Positions 37,489-48,600 of a DNA stretch of 64,000 bases are shown in pieces. Every line of letters begins with the position of its first letter. Within the stretch, counting starts at the first letter, position 1. This stretch comes from an uncultured Deferribacteres bacterium (GTDB lineage Bacteria; Zhuqueibacterota; Zhuqueibacteria; Zhuqueibacterales; Geothermadaptataceae). The position numbers were made by a program, and so were the translations under genes. Location: assembly GCA_964014485.1 (NCBI GenBank), contig CAXHAT010000002.1:1-64000 (forward strand), in the 5' to 3' direction. The notes under the pieces are model-generated. The model did not search any database. It saw only the letters and a program-made list of their open reading frames with translations, and was not told where the DNA came from.

Positions 37489-38118
37489 TTAGCGTAAAGA
37501 ACGTGCCGTTTCTCCCCACGCGCCCTCAAATACGAAATCTTTAAGCGGTTTTCTCGTTCTCTTCTCTCGCTCCAAGTCTTGAATGTCTTTCGGTAAATCT
37601 TCAATTGAGCCAGGATAGCCAAGCGTCATCGCTGCGACCGGTTCACAATGATCCGGGATTTGGTATGCTCGCCGCGCCTTTTCTTCGTCGAAACCGGCCA
37701 TTTGATGAATAAACATTCCCAGTGCTACAGCTTGCAAGCTCATGCTGGCTGCGGCTTGCCCAACGTCATGCCAAGCGTGGCGATTGTGTTTGCCGTTACG
37801 GGCAAATTTTGTTGCCGCAACGCTTAACAAAAGAACGGGTGCATGTTTCGCCCAACTCTGATTCCAATCACCCAGGCAAAACAATAGCTTTTCAAAAGCC
37901 GACGGCTCTTCTTTTGTGGCAATGACAAAATGCCACGGTTGTTCGTTGAAACAAGAGGCGGGCCAGCGCGCCGCTTCCAGAACCGAAAGCAACTTTTCTC
38001 TTTCTACTGGTTTTTCGCTGTACGCCCTGGGGCTCCACCGCCTCTTGATTAAATCATGAACGGGGAAATCCGCGACAGCCGTTTTTGCGTGATTTAGGAT
38101 CAGCTTTTTCTCAGTCAA
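37489..38118 (-). CDS. Nitroreductase family protein
   Basis: RRWSPRAYS, ARWPASCFNEQPWHF, HQMAGFD, RTRKPL. Confidence 0.93.
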   Translation of the reverse strand: MTEKKLILNHAKTAVADFPVHDLIKRRWSPRAYSEKPVEREKLLSVLEAARWPASCFNEQPWHFVIATKEEPSAFEKLLFCLGDWNQSWAKHAPVLLLSVAATKFARNGKHNRHAWHDVGQAAASMSLQAVALGMFIHQMAGFDEEKARRAYQIPDHCEPVAAMTLGYPGSIEDLPKDIQDLEREKRTRKPLKDFVFEGAWGETARSLR

Positions 38119-38731
38119 ATTTTACCTTGTGGTGAGAGCCGTCGCAAAACGGCTTGTTTTGAGATTCTCCGCAACGACACAAAGTGAAACGTCGCACGCT
38201 TGGCGGCTGCAACTCGTGCTTGAGATGAACATCGCCAGTCACGCGATACGGGCCGCCTTTCTCAGCTTCAACGCTGGGGGCAGATTCAAAATTACGGTGT
38301 TGAACGTCATCGATTGAATAGCTCAGCGCGCCGGAAGGACAGCGCTTGACAAGCTCGACAACGCTGTCAACCGTGTCTCCGTCCGGGTTTACCCACGGAC
38401 GCGATTTTAGGGTGAAAACAGAAGCCAATTCTCGAACGCAATGACCGGCATGAGCGCAAATAACACGGTTGTCATGAACAATGACGTCCTTGCCGCGATA
38501 CGCCTTTTCTCTATCCATCGGTTTTTCACTGATTCTTTTTCCACTGAAGCCGCTTTTTGAATGCGATCCGTCGCAAAAAGGCTTGTCGGCGGATTTCCCG
38601 CACCGGCAAAGCGCCATGACATTTTTTTCAGAAACAGCTTCACCGTCCTTTGTTCGAACGCGGTGTAAACCGCGAACGATTAAAGGCCCGTTTTCCATCA
38701 CTTCGATTGTAGCTTCGTCTTTTAGCGCCAT
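38111..38731 (-). CDS. CDGSH iron-sulfur protein (CDGSH - divergent ferredoxin - CDGSH)
   Basis: Two LCRCGxSxxKPFCDGSH motifs flanking CAHAGHC...CPSGAL. Confidence 0.93.
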   Translation of the reverse strand: MALKDEATIEVMENGPLIVRGLHRVRTKDGEAVSEKNVMALCRCGKSADKPFCDGSHSKSGFSGKRISEKPMDREKAYRGKDVIVHDNRVICAHAGHCVRELASVFTLKSRPWVNPDGDTVDSVVELVKRCPSGALSYSIDDVQHRNFESAPSVEAEKGGPYRVTGDVHLKHELQPPSVRRFTLCRCGESQNKPFCDGSHHKVKFD

Positions 38732-38765
38732 TTCTTGCCTCCATCGCGTCTATTCAAATTATTTT

Positions 38766-39009
38766 CTGATGTTACGCACCGCCGTTTGGCACGCGCGATT
38801 AAAGCCCGCAGACAACTTTTTAATTCTCATTAGCTCCGTTCTTCAGAGCGGAGATTTTTGAAGACGCCTCCCCATCCCTTCCGCCGCGCCAGTGCGGCGG
38901 AAGGGATGAAAATGAGCGCCTTGCATGTCACCGGGCTCAAGCCCGGTGCTAATGAAACCATGTTCAAGTCTGAGCAACAGGCGATGCATTGGCGCGCGTA
39001 ACATCAGTT
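38766..39009 (-). mobile_element. Family-A MITE/REPIN-like element, inverted copy
   Basis: ctgatgttacgca...cgcgtaacatcagtt; reverse-complement homolog of 11894-12138. Confidence 0.85.
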
Positions 39010-39016
39010 ATTTTGT

Positions 39017-39793
39017 TTAGGTAAAAAAAGGATAATCGACTTTCTGCGGCACGTCAATGATTACAAGACGCAGCTCATCCGTTCCTGCTTCAATGGTAAT
39101 TTCGGAATGATCATTTGCTTTTATTATTGTGAAATCTTTTGTCGCGAAAGGCGCTTCAGCCTCGCCTGACCAACTCCCGGAACCCGAAACGGCGACGGCC
39201 GCCAAGCTGTGACCCGCTTCCAGAGCGAGTTCATGCGTTTTTTCCGGCTGGATGCTGACGTCAATCATTTTGGCGTCAACAACCAATGAAATCGGCGAAT
39301 CACCGCCGAGAATGGTTTTGATTTCAACGCCTCCCGATGTGCTGTTACGCGGGAAATCTTCATCATTGAAATCCTTGTAAACCGGATCGCGTTGAATCGC
39401 TTCCCGCAAGTTCGGCTCGAACCAAATTTGAAAAAACTGGGTGCGTTCACCAAACATTTCTTCCTGATGATAGACGCCTGAGCCTGTTTGCATCACCTGA
39501 ACGCCGCCTGTTCCAACACGCATCCTGTTCTTGAGCGTATCGGAATGGCCGACTTCGCCTTCGAGAACATAGCTCATGATTTCAAATCCCTGATGCGGAT
39601 GCATTCCAATGACGCCGTCCCCGTTGGCTGAAGCCCAGGCCCAATAAAGTAGCGGGCCAATGCGTTTTGCGTCAGACAGGCCGCCGGGAAAATCGATCGG
39701 CTTGATTTCCGTGATTTTGCCGTTGTCAAATTGCCCTCGCCCTTGGCGAGCAGGCGGGAAAACTTCTATTGTGAAGCTCGATTCAACACTCAT
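39017..39793 (-). CDS. Pirin family protein
   Basis: HPHQGFEIMSYV, HSD, MQTGSGVYHQE, FQIWF; start ATG 39793 with a GAGG RBS. Confidence 0.9.
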   Translation of the reverse strand: MSVESSFTIEVFPPARQGRGQFDNGKITEIKPIDFPGGLSDAKRIGPLLYWAWASANGDGVIGMHPHQGFEIMSYVLEGEVGHSDTLKNRMRVGTGGVQVMQTGSGVYHQEEMFGERTQFFQIWFEPNLREAIQRDPVYKDFNDEDFPRNSTSGGVEIKTILGGDSPISLVVDAKMIDVSIQPEKTHELALEAGHSLAAVAVSGSGSWSGEAEAPFATKDFTIIKANDHSEITIEAGTDELRLVIIDVPQKVDYPFFT

Positions 39794-39875
39794 TCGTTTG
39801 ACCTCGTTCATTAGCTGAAAGTCTCTTATTCTTTGGGAACGTCTTACAAATATAAAGAGTTTTGGGCAAGAAAAC

Positions 39876-40628
39876 ATGATGAAACAATTCCTTGCTCTCT
39901 TGCTAATTCTAAACTTGGCCTGTTCCAGACCGCAGAAATCCGAGAATTCACTTTTTGTTTTTGCTGCGGCCAGTCTGACGAACGTATTGCCGGAAGCAGT
40001 CGATTCCATCAGACAGGAATTCCCGGAGCTTGAATTCAAGTTTAATTTTGCTGGTTCCTCAATACTTGCCAAGCAAATAGATCAAGGTGCGCCAGCCGAT
40101 ATTTTTATCTCTGCTGATCCTCTTTGGACGAATACGCTGCTTCAAAGCGGCGCTCTTGATTCAGCCGAAACACTTCCGTTCGTGAAGAACCGACTGGTAA
40201 TCGTCGTTCCCAAAAACAGCTCGACACGCGTCGAAGAAGTCGCAGATGCGGCTTCCCTGAAAATAAAATATGTTGCGATGGGCGATCCTGAGCATGTGCC
40301 TGCCGGCAGGTATGCTCGGCAAGCGCTGCAACATTCAGGAGTTTGGCAAGATTTAAAAGGACGAATTATTACAGCGCCGAATGTCCGGGCGGCTTTGGCG
40401 TTTGTCGAAACGGGTGAGACGGACCTTGGCTTGGTCTATCAGACGGACGCACTCGTGAGTGAACGCGTCAAAACAGCGTTTGTCATTCCGGAGCGTTTTC
40501 AGCCGGACATTTTGTACGTTGCATTGTTGACGAACGATCAGAATAAAAATGCACGCCGGTTTTTCAGGGCGCTGCTTTCTCAAGAAGCAAAGGCGGTTTT
40601 TGAGAAGCACGGTTTTCAAACGTTTTGA
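39876..40628 (+). CDS. modA: Molybdate ABC transporter substrate-binding lipoprotein
   Basis: Lipobox NLAC, FAAASL, AGSSILAKQI.QGAPADIFISA, DPEHVPAGRYA, VYQTDA. Confidence 0.92.
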   Translation: MMKQFLALLLILNLACSRPQKSENSLFVFAAASLTNVLPEAVDSIRQEFPELEFKFNFAGSSILAKQIDQGAPADIFISADPLWTNTLLQSGALDSAETLPFVKNRLVIVVPKNSSTRVEEVADAASLKIKYVAMGDPEHVPAGRYARQALQHSGVWQDLKGRIITAPNVRAALAFVETGETDLGLVYQTDALVSERVKTAFVIPERFQPDILYVALLTNDQNKNARRFFRALLSQEAKAVFEKHGFQTF

Positions 40629-40777
40629 GAAAGTAAGTGCGACTTCAGCGCTCTACGAAAGACGCTCCCTGCGTGTGACGACGATGAACCGTCGCACTCC
40701 GAGATGGTTGCTCTGAAAGGTTTGTAAAAACTGTGAGCAAATGTTGTGTTGCACGACTATTCGCCGGAATAGATTCG

Positions 40778-42796
40778 TTATTTTACCTTCACCACGACAA
40801 ACGTCACGTCATCTTCTTGGGCGCGTCCGTCCGCCCACTCTTCTCCGGCCAGGCACAATGCGTTCACAATTTCTTCGGGGGAATTCGAGCCAATGACCGA
40901 GAGCAAATCCTTCACCCTATGTTCACCGTATAGTTGGTTCTGGTGATTGAACATTTCCGGGAGTCCGTCGCTCATAAAAAGCACTGTGTCGCCAGATTCA
41001 AGACTAAGTTTTTTCCCCTGGTAAGGGAAATCGTCAAACCCGCCTAACGGCATTCCTTTCAATTCGATCTCTTCGACGGCGCCTGTTTTTGAGCGGTAAA
41101 CCAGGGGGTAGGGCATTCCTGCGGCGGCAATGTGAATTTCCTTGCCGCGAAATTTGGCGACGGTCAGCGCCATAAACATCCTGTGCAAGCCCATGCTTTT
41201 CAGCGCTTTTGTCCCGCGTTTCAAAATCCGCACAGGCTCCGGGTCGTCTGCGACGGCGGTGAACAAGCCTTTCGTCGCGGAAACCATGGCGCCGGCTTGC
41301 ATTCCATGGCCGGTTGCGTCGCCAATGGCCGCCGTCAAGGCGCCGTCGTCATGCAATTTAAAATCGTAATAGTCGCCGCCAACTTCCGTCGCCGGGCGCA
41401 TGTATACGGCGATTTCAAGTTCAGGCAAAACGGGAACGGCGCTCGGAAGCATTGATTGCTGGATTCTTCGCGCTTCCTCAAGTTCTTGCGACTTTCGTGC
41501 GTTTTCTGCTTCCAGACGCGCGCGCTCAAGCTCTTGCTGCAAATTTTCTTCGGACAATTTTTTGACTTCGACGAGCTTGGTTTCGAGACGGCGGTTAGTC
41601 ATGGCAAAGTGGCGCGCCAGAAAAAAAGACATGGCGATCATGAAACCGAGCATTCCGTAGTACGGCGTTGGAAAATCGACAAAGCTCCAATGCATGGTCA
41701 GCACGCCAAATGCGCCTAAAATATTGTAAAGCGCTCCAACGACGAGAAACATGGCTCCCGCGCCGATAATCCAACCGCCTTCGATCTGTTTTTGCCGCCC
41801 GCGCATGGAAATAAAAGAGCGGGCGATCTCAATGATGACAATGAGCATAAACAGAAAAAGCGGTTGGTCTACAGCGAAAGGCCGGAGCCAGGTCCAAACG
41901 GCAAGCGCGGCGCTGATGATTGAAAATGCAAAGAACTGGCGCGGCAGCTTCGCGTAATTCACCGCGTACATGAAGCGCAAGCAGGCGAGTGTAAAGAAAA
42001 TAAACGAGGTCTGCGCAAGTCTTTTCGACAGCAGCAATGTCGCCGGGTCGCCGGTCAAGTTCAGTTGAAATTCAAAGAATATGTTGACCGCCGCCAAAAC
42101 GGTGATGAAGGCGTAATACAAATTGGCGCGCATCCGGGCGTAGAAGACGTAGAGCAGGCCGTGCAAGAGCGCGAACGCCAGACAGATGCTCATAAGCGCA
42201 AACTGATTGGTCGTCACTTTTCTCACAAATGCGTTTTGCAGCGCATTCATTTCCGCCAAATCTCCTGCCTGAAAAGTAACGCTCGGGCGGAATCCAGTCC
42301 AGGCCGGCGCCTTGAAGGAAGTTTTCTGATAGTGTATGGCTAAAACATGGCGGGAGGTTGAAAGGGACGAGTTTGCATCTCGTTCAAATGAAAGTGCGGT
42401 GAGCATTCTTAACGACGCTGCGCGATTGCTCTGCATCGAGCCGTCTGAATCGCGCTCAGATTCGCCGAATTTTCCAACAAATCGGCCATCTAACCAGACT
42501 TCGGCGACGCCGCGAAGTGTAAGCAAAAGCCCTTGTTGGATGGCCACTGAATCAGAACGAAGCGTAAAAGTGTGGCGAAACCAGCTTTTTTCTTTTAGCG
42601 CGCTGTGCGGAAAAACGCCGCTCGCCAGCCTCGGCCAGGCGTCGTCGTCAAAATCGGGATTCATCCACCCTGCCGGGGCGTCGCTGCCTGTGTAGTAGGC
42701 GTATTCATTAAAAAACGATATTTCCTGAATATTCTCGGCAGAAGGATAGACTCCCGCTAAAGATTGGGCAAGCAGAATTAAAAGCGGCACTTTCAT
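40778..42796 (-). CDS. Membrane PP2C/SpoIIE-family phosphatase with extracytoplasmic jelly-roll-like and 7TM domains
   Basis: Signal peptide; WMNPDFDDDAW; about 7 TM helices; VGGDYYD, IGDATGHG, SDGLPE, DDVT. Confidence 0.88.
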   Translation of the reverse strand: MKVPLLILLAQSLAGVYPSAENIQEISFFNEYAYYTGSDAPAGWMNPDFDDDAWPRLASGVFPHSALKEKSWFRHTFTLRSDSVAIQQGLLLTLRGVAEVWLDGRFVGKFGESERDSDGSMQSNRAASLRMLTALSFERDANSSLSTSRHVLAIHYQKTSFKAPAWTGFRPSVTFQAGDLAEMNALQNAFVRKVTTNQFALMSICLAFALLHGLLYVFYARMRANLYYAFITVLAAVNIFFEFQLNLTGDPATLLLSKRLAQTSFIFFTLACLRFMYAVNYAKLPRQFFAFSIISAALAVWTWLRPFAVDQPLFLFMLIVIIEIARSFISMRGRQKQIEGGWIIGAGAMFLVVGALYNILGAFGVLTMHWSFVDFPTPYYGMLGFMIAMSFFLARHFAMTNRRLETKLVEVKKLSEENLQQELERARLEAENARKSQELEEARRIQQSMLPSAVPVLPELEIAVYMRPATEVGGDYYDFKLHDDGALTAAIGDATGHGMQAGAMVSATKGLFTAVADDPEPVRILKRGTKALKSMGLHRMFMALTVAKFRGKEIHIAAAGMPYPLVYRSKTGAVEEIELKGMPLGGFDDFPYQGKKLSLESGDTVLFMSDGLPEMFNHQNQLYGEHRVKDLLSVIGSNSPEEIVNALCLAGEEWADGRAQEDDVTFVVVKVK

Positions 42797-42942
42797 AGAA
42801 TCAGGTTATCAGGAAATTGGCGTCACTTGCGAAACAGGCGGAATCAACGTTTTGATAATTGTCATCCAAAAAAAAGATTAACCCGGACTCCGCGTCATAA
42901 GTTTCAGACAACCTGAAGACAATCAAGGTTTATTTCTCAAAT

Positions 42943-44841
42943 TCATCGCGGTTGAATGACGGAAAATCGCTGAGAGCGCTCGTTGGTCTGCCCTGAGATT
43001 TTATCCGTCAACGTCAAGGTCAGCATGTAATACCCTCGCGCTAAATTCAGAATACTTATTCCCAGCGGTTCTTTGGCGGTTTCGCCGGCGCTGCTAAGAT
43101 CGAAGGTGCTGGTAATTGCTTCTTCGTCAATCGAAGGGCGACCGGCTTCGTCGGTTCGGGAGACTTTTATATTGACTTCGTACTGCGATTCGCCTTGCTT
43201 GTCTACACTGAGGTGATAAGCTTCGAAATAAATTTGCAGCGGCTCGATATTCATAAACCGTTCGCCCGGGAGTACGGGGAAAGGAAATTGCGAGTAATCC
43301 ACGCCGGCGGGGTATGCCGTGCCAACGATAATATCGCTCAACTCCAGCGAATCCGGATTCATGGAAAGCGGTTCTCTTTTTCTAAGCTCCGCTTTTCCGG
43401 CTGCAAACACGTGACTTTGCGGCAAACCGTCGACTCTGGGCGATGACTTGGCGGAGACCGCTTCAGCGGAAATTGTGTAATGAACGGTTTTGTCAATATC
43501 CTTGATGATGAAAATAGCTACGTTCTCAACGCCTTCTATAACGCCCGCTTTTTCTCGGTCAACCTCGTCGAGTCTTTCATCACGAGCAATGATCGTATGT
43601 TCAATGGAGAATTCCGGCACTTTGATCGCTTTTTTGTCAATGATTTCAACTTCGCCGGGCTTAAACTTGGGGTAGGAAAAAGCGAAAACCGCGAGCTTGG
43701 GTTGGTTGTTCTCATCCAGAAAACGCCCTTGACGCGTGCGAACGGTGATGCGCGAAAAATTCTGTTCATAGTCGGACTTTTCGGGGACGGCGTACTTCGT
43801 TGCCGGGTCAAATTCGTCCACCGTTGAAAATTGCAGACGCGTGTCTTTCAGCTTGTTGACGTTCGGCCCGCGGCTTTGGCTCCATTCATTGTTCAATTCG
43901 CCGTATCGCCGATCAAAAAACGTATCCATCACCCGAAGTTCATTGTAATACATAAGCTGCAAATAATAACCGGCGGGAATGCCTGTGTGTCGATTTGCCG
44001 AGCCGCCAAAAACGCGTTGCGGAATCAAGTCTTCAACGCCGTTGAGCAAAGCCCAGGCGCCATGACCGTCTCTGGGGCCAAACAGAAAAACTCCAGAGCC
44101 GCCCGGAGCCAGGTTTTCGTAGACCCAAAGTTCGTAATCCGGGTGTTCGTCAAAACGGGCGATGTCGGCGCGAATCGCCGGATCTCTAACCAAGCGTACA
44201 AGCTCGCTACGGTTCAGCCCCATGGTGCCGCTTTTGGTTCGGTGCGGCTTACCATATTTGACATAAATTTCAGCGCGAGGGTCTGCGAGATAGGGCAGGC
44301 GAACGTTATTTCTGTACTCCTTTCTCGCGTAAATTATGCGTTCCCAATGTTCGATAAGGCGCTCGTTTCCTTGGGTCGTCGGCGTCGGGTCGCGCAGCAG
44401 CCAGAAGGTCTTTATTTTTTCGTACAGCTCTGGATAATTTTCTTCTTTTTCCAGCTTCTGCCATTCTTTCCGCGCCTTGGTTTGCAGCAACGGGTACAGC
44501 CGAAGCAATTCGAGCTTGAACTCCCGGGCGGATTCTTCGGGATCGATTTTCGAAAATCCCCAGACATACAAGGTTGAAGCGGTGCCGAAATATTTGAACG
44601 CCTTTTTTGAAACGGCAAGTTCAATGAACCCGACTCCGATCCGGGGGTCGGAAAGACCTTCCATATCCAATGCGTTATAGCCGCGCCACCAGGTTTGCAG
44701 CGCTTTTTCCCAAGCCGGGGTATTGAGAAACACCTTCCCTTCTTCGTAATAGTCGCGATCTTGCGCGTGTGACGGCGGAGCGATGAACGCCGTCGAAATC
44801 AGGCATGTTAAAATGAAAGAAAACGCTGTCTGCTTATTCAT
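42943..44841 (-). CDS. Exported GWxTD-like domain protein
   Basis: Signal peptide; FWLLRDPTPTTQGNE...HWERIIYA...DPRAEIYVKYGKP, ELWVY. Confidence 0.75.
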   Translation of the reverse strand: MNKQTAFSFILTCLISTAFIAPPSHAQDRDYYEEGKVFLNTPAWEKALQTWWRGYNALDMEGLSDPRIGVGFIELAVSKKAFKYFGTASTLYVWGFSKIDPEESAREFKLELLRLYPLLQTKARKEWQKLEKEENYPELYEKIKTFWLLRDPTPTTQGNERLIEHWERIIYARKEYRNNVRLPYLADPRAEIYVKYGKPHRTKSGTMGLNRSELVRLVRDPAIRADIARFDEHPDYELWVYENLAPGGSGVFLFGPRDGHGAWALLNGVEDLIPQRVFGGSANRHTGIPAGYYLQLMYYNELRVMDTFFDRRYGELNNEWSQSRGPNVNKLKDTRLQFSTVDEFDPATKYAVPEKSDYEQNFSRITVRTRQGRFLDENNQPKLAVFAFSYPKFKPGEVEIIDKKAIKVPEFSIEHTIIARDERLDEVDREKAGVIEGVENVAIFIIKDIDKTVHYTISAEAVSAKSSPRVDGLPQSHVFAAGKAELRKREPLSMNPDSLELSDIIVGTAYPAGVDYSQFPFPVLPGERFMNIEPLQIYFEAYHLSVDKQGESQYEVNIKVSRTDEAGRPSIDEEAITSTFDLSSAGETAKEPLGISILNLARGYYMLTLTLTDKISGQTNERSQRFSVIQPR

Positions 44842-44931
44842 ATTTTCGCCGATTTTCTGTTGAAACGTTTATTTTCGAAGACGCTTTTGTGACGGAACGC
44901 GTCAGTCTTTTTTCCTGAGAAAAAGAATTCA

Positions 44932-45393
44932 CTGCCTGACACTTTTTGTGTGGGCTTATGAATCTGACAAAAAACTCGGAATTGTCATAATGGAGGCGAC
45001 TTTTGAACTGATGTCACGCACGGCAATGAACGTCCTGAATCTTAGGGGAAATCTCATCTCATTAGCGCCGGGCTTCAGCCCGGTGACATGCAAAACGCCC
45101 ATGATCTTCTCTTCCGCCGCGCCAGCGCGGCGGAAGAAAAGGGAGAGCTATCCCAAATATTCTCCGCTCTGAAGAGCGGAGCTAATGAGAATCAAAAGTT
45201 GCCTGCAGGTTTTTGGTCGCGAGTACCAAACAACGCGTGCGAAACATCAGTTTTTAAATTTAATTCTCGCACGTTGAAATATTCTATGCCAGATGATAAC
45301 AAATATCTTGCTTCGCTGGCCTTCGGCTATGCAGAATGACAAAACGAGACTTTTCGCTGGTTCAAAATTGCAGTTCAAAAAAGTGTCAGGTAG
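44932..45393. mobile_element. Family-B MITE-like element interrupted by a family-A element
   Basis: Terminal repeats ctgcctgacactttttg / aaaaaagtgtcaggtag; both arms align with the reverse complement of 14089-14282. Confidence 0.8.
45006..45252 (+). mobile_element. Family-A MITE/REPIN-like element (nested copy)
   Basis: aactgatgtcacgca...tgcgaaacatcagtt with the same three internal hairpins. Confidence 0.85.
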
Positions 45394-45613
45394 CGAAAAA
45401 GAAAGTAGATTATTTGCAAAATCCAATAAGGCCGAAACAAGACGTCGTGCGTTGAACGCTTCTCATTGATTTTTTGAAGTTCTCGATTTAAATACGCCTA
45501 TTGCTCATCAAAGCGCTTCAACCCGCCTGCTTCCGGTTCAGTTTCCGTAAAAAACAGAAAGTTTGCGTATATCAATGATAATCTTCTCTTGATCAATCTC
45601 CCGGAAATATAGC

Positions 45614-48600
45614 ATGCGTCCCTGTTTTCGAAAAGCTTTAACGCCAAAGACCGTTTTGCGTTCGATTAGCCTTTTGTTGCTTCTTGCGCTGAAGACGTAC
45701 GCTAATCCCGGAATTCGGTTCGAACACCTCTCAATCGACGACGGATTGTCTCAGAATTCCGTCTATTCCATTTTGCAAGACTCCAAGGGCTTCATGTGGT
45801 TCGGCACGCTGGACGGTTTGAACAAGTTCGACGGCTATAACTTCACGGTTTTTAAGCATAACGGTTCTGATTCCGCTTCCATTGCCAATAACTACATTTA
45901 CACCATTTTCGAGGACGACTCTGGGTATATTTGGGCGGGCACTCGCGGCGGCTTGAGCAGATTCGACCCGGCCACGGAGCGCTTCAAAAATTACCGGCAT
46001 GACCCCAAAGATCCGCACAGCCTAAGCAACAATCTTGTGCTTGCAATCACGGAGTTCTCTGATGAAGGAAAATCTGAACTTTGGATCGGCACTTACGGCG
46101 GCGGACTGAATCGGTTTGATCCTGAGACGGAGAAATTTTCGCACTATCGACACGACCCGAATGAAAAAAGCTCTCTCAAAAGCAATTTCGTTCGTTCGCT
46201 GCATATTTCAGAATATTCCGGAGAGGAAATTCTTTGGGTGGGAACGGCGGGCGGATTAGACAATACGAAGCTAGGGGCGGAACATACACAAAATAGAAAA
46301 TTCACTCATTTCCTTCACGACCCCAACGACCCGAAAACAATTAGCAGCAATAACATCTGGGAAATCTACGAAGACAGCCGGAAAAGGCTATGGCTCGCGA
46401 CATTGGGCGGCGGCGCGAATCGGCTGACTTTTGCGCACGATCTAAGTCCCCACGCGTCGACGCCGACGCCCGAATCGGCGGAGGTTGCGCGTTTTTCGAC
46501 AAGCACCAGCCGGGCGACTCTCTCTGCGGGAGAGATCATTCAAACCATTACAGAAGATCGATCCGGGAATATCTGGTTTGGCGGCAAAGAGGGGTTGTAC
46601 AAAATTTCAGGCGAGGCCAATGATCTTGCCCAGGTCGTTCATATGCGTTACAGCCCTTTTCAGCTCGGCGGTCTGAGCGGCGGCGACGTCACCTCGGTCT
46701 ATGAAGACGAATTTGGCACGCTTTGGGTCGGCACTTCCGAAGGCGGGATTAACAAATATAGCAAGGAGAGTCAGCGTTTTAGACGATTCTCTCACAACCC
46801 GTTTGACGCGAACAGCCTTGGGCGAAATATGGTGCTGTCTTTCGGCGAGACCGTGCAAAACGGCGGTCGAGCCTTGTGGGTTGGCACGGAAAACGGCGGG
46901 CTCTACGAGTTTATTGAAAGCGAAAATCGGTTCGTCTCATATGTGCCGCAAGGGCGCTTTTCAGACGCCTTTGAAAGAAAAACGATCAACGCTCTTCTTG
47001 GAACAACAGCGGACAAAACTTCAACCCTGTGGGTTGGTGCGGCGGACGGCCTTTTTCGTATTCAATCAACGCAAGAAGATGAACGTTTGCAATTCCTGGT
47101 TGTTGTCCCGGGCTCTGAAAACCGCAGCATTCGCGTCATTTGCGAAGACCCGTTCGATCCCGGGGGCGCCGTTTGGGTTGGGACGGAAAGCGCCGGTCTG
47201 CACAAGCTGGACAGTCGGTCGGGCGCTTCTCTTGAATCGTATTTTTCGGAAGATTTGTCCGTTCCGTCGAAAAGAATTTTTGCTATGCACCCGGACAAGC
47301 GCAGCGGCGAGGAAGGGTTTTGGATCGGCGCCTTCGACGGACTCTACAAAGTCGACATTAAAACGGGGGCCTTCTCAAGGTTCCTGGCAAACGGGGATTC
47401 CGTTTCATTAAGCAGCAACGTCATTTATTCCATCAGCGTTGATGATTCCGGGACGCTCTGGGTCGGCACGGATCGAGGGCTCAACAAATCCACGGACGGA
47501 GGCAAGACTTTCAAACAGTTTTTTGTCCGCGACGGCCTGCCGAACAACGTGATTTACGGCGTGCAGGCGGACGACAACGGGTTCCTGTGGCTGAGCACAA
47601 ACAAAGGAATCGCAAAGTACGACCCGAAATCCAAAGCCTTTGAACGCTATGACGTTTTCGACGGCCTGCAGAGCAATGAATTTAATTTTGGTGCTTCCTT
47701 CAAAAGCGGAAACGGTGATCTTTATTTCGGCGGCATTCGCGGATTTAACGTTTTTTCCCCAAACGACATTGTCGCCGAAAATCCGCATCCGCCGAAAGTC
47801 GTCCTGACCTCGTTCACGATCATGAACGACGTTATCTCCCCTGGCAAAACCTACAAAGACAGAATGCTGCTTGAGAAATCCATTTCCGAAACGGAAGAGA
47901 TAACGCTCTCACATGCAGATTTGTCCGTAGAGTTTGAATTTACCGCGCTGCATTATGTCAATCCGCGTCAGAATGTTTATGCTTACAAAATGGAAGGCTT
48001 CGAGGATCAGTGGCACAACGCCGGACAGCGCCGCATGGCGCAATATACAAACCTGCCTCCTGGAAATTTCACTTTTCGCGTGAGGGCGGCCAACAGCGAC
48101 GGCGTTTGGAATAATGATGGCGCTGCTCTCAAAATTCATGTTACGCCGCCTTTTTGGAAAACGACCTGGTTTTTATTTGCCGCGGTACTGACCGGCGTCT
48201 TGATCGTTTACAGTTTTATTCGTTACAGAACCGGGTTGTTGCGAATTCGCACCAGGGAATTGCAAGACATGGTGCGGTTGAGGACAACTGAAATCTCCAA
48301 GGCGAACTCTGATCTTCAAAACGAAGTCCTCCGGCGCAGGCAGATCGAAGAAGCTTTGATTAGAGCAAAAGAATCGGCGGAAGCGGCGGATCACGCCAAG
48401 AGTGAATTTCTTGCAAACATGAGCCACGAAATCCGCACGCCCCTAAACGGCGTCATCGGTATGAACACGCTGCTCCTCGACGCCGGTCTTGACAAGACGC
48501 AGCGCGGATATGCTCAAGTCATCCAAACCAGCGCCAAATCATTGCAACGCGTGATCAGCGACATCCTGGATTTTTCGAAAATTGAGGCCGGTAAACTCAA

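Noticed and set aside
39794..40072. N-terminal extension of the pirin ORF in the track
   Set aside because: It overlaps modA on the opposite strand; ATG 39793 has an RBS and gives a normal pirin length.
42818..42830. TGGCGTCACTTGC as a sigma54 promoter
   Set aside because: GG-to-GC spacing is 2 nt too short and it faces away from the adjacent gene start.
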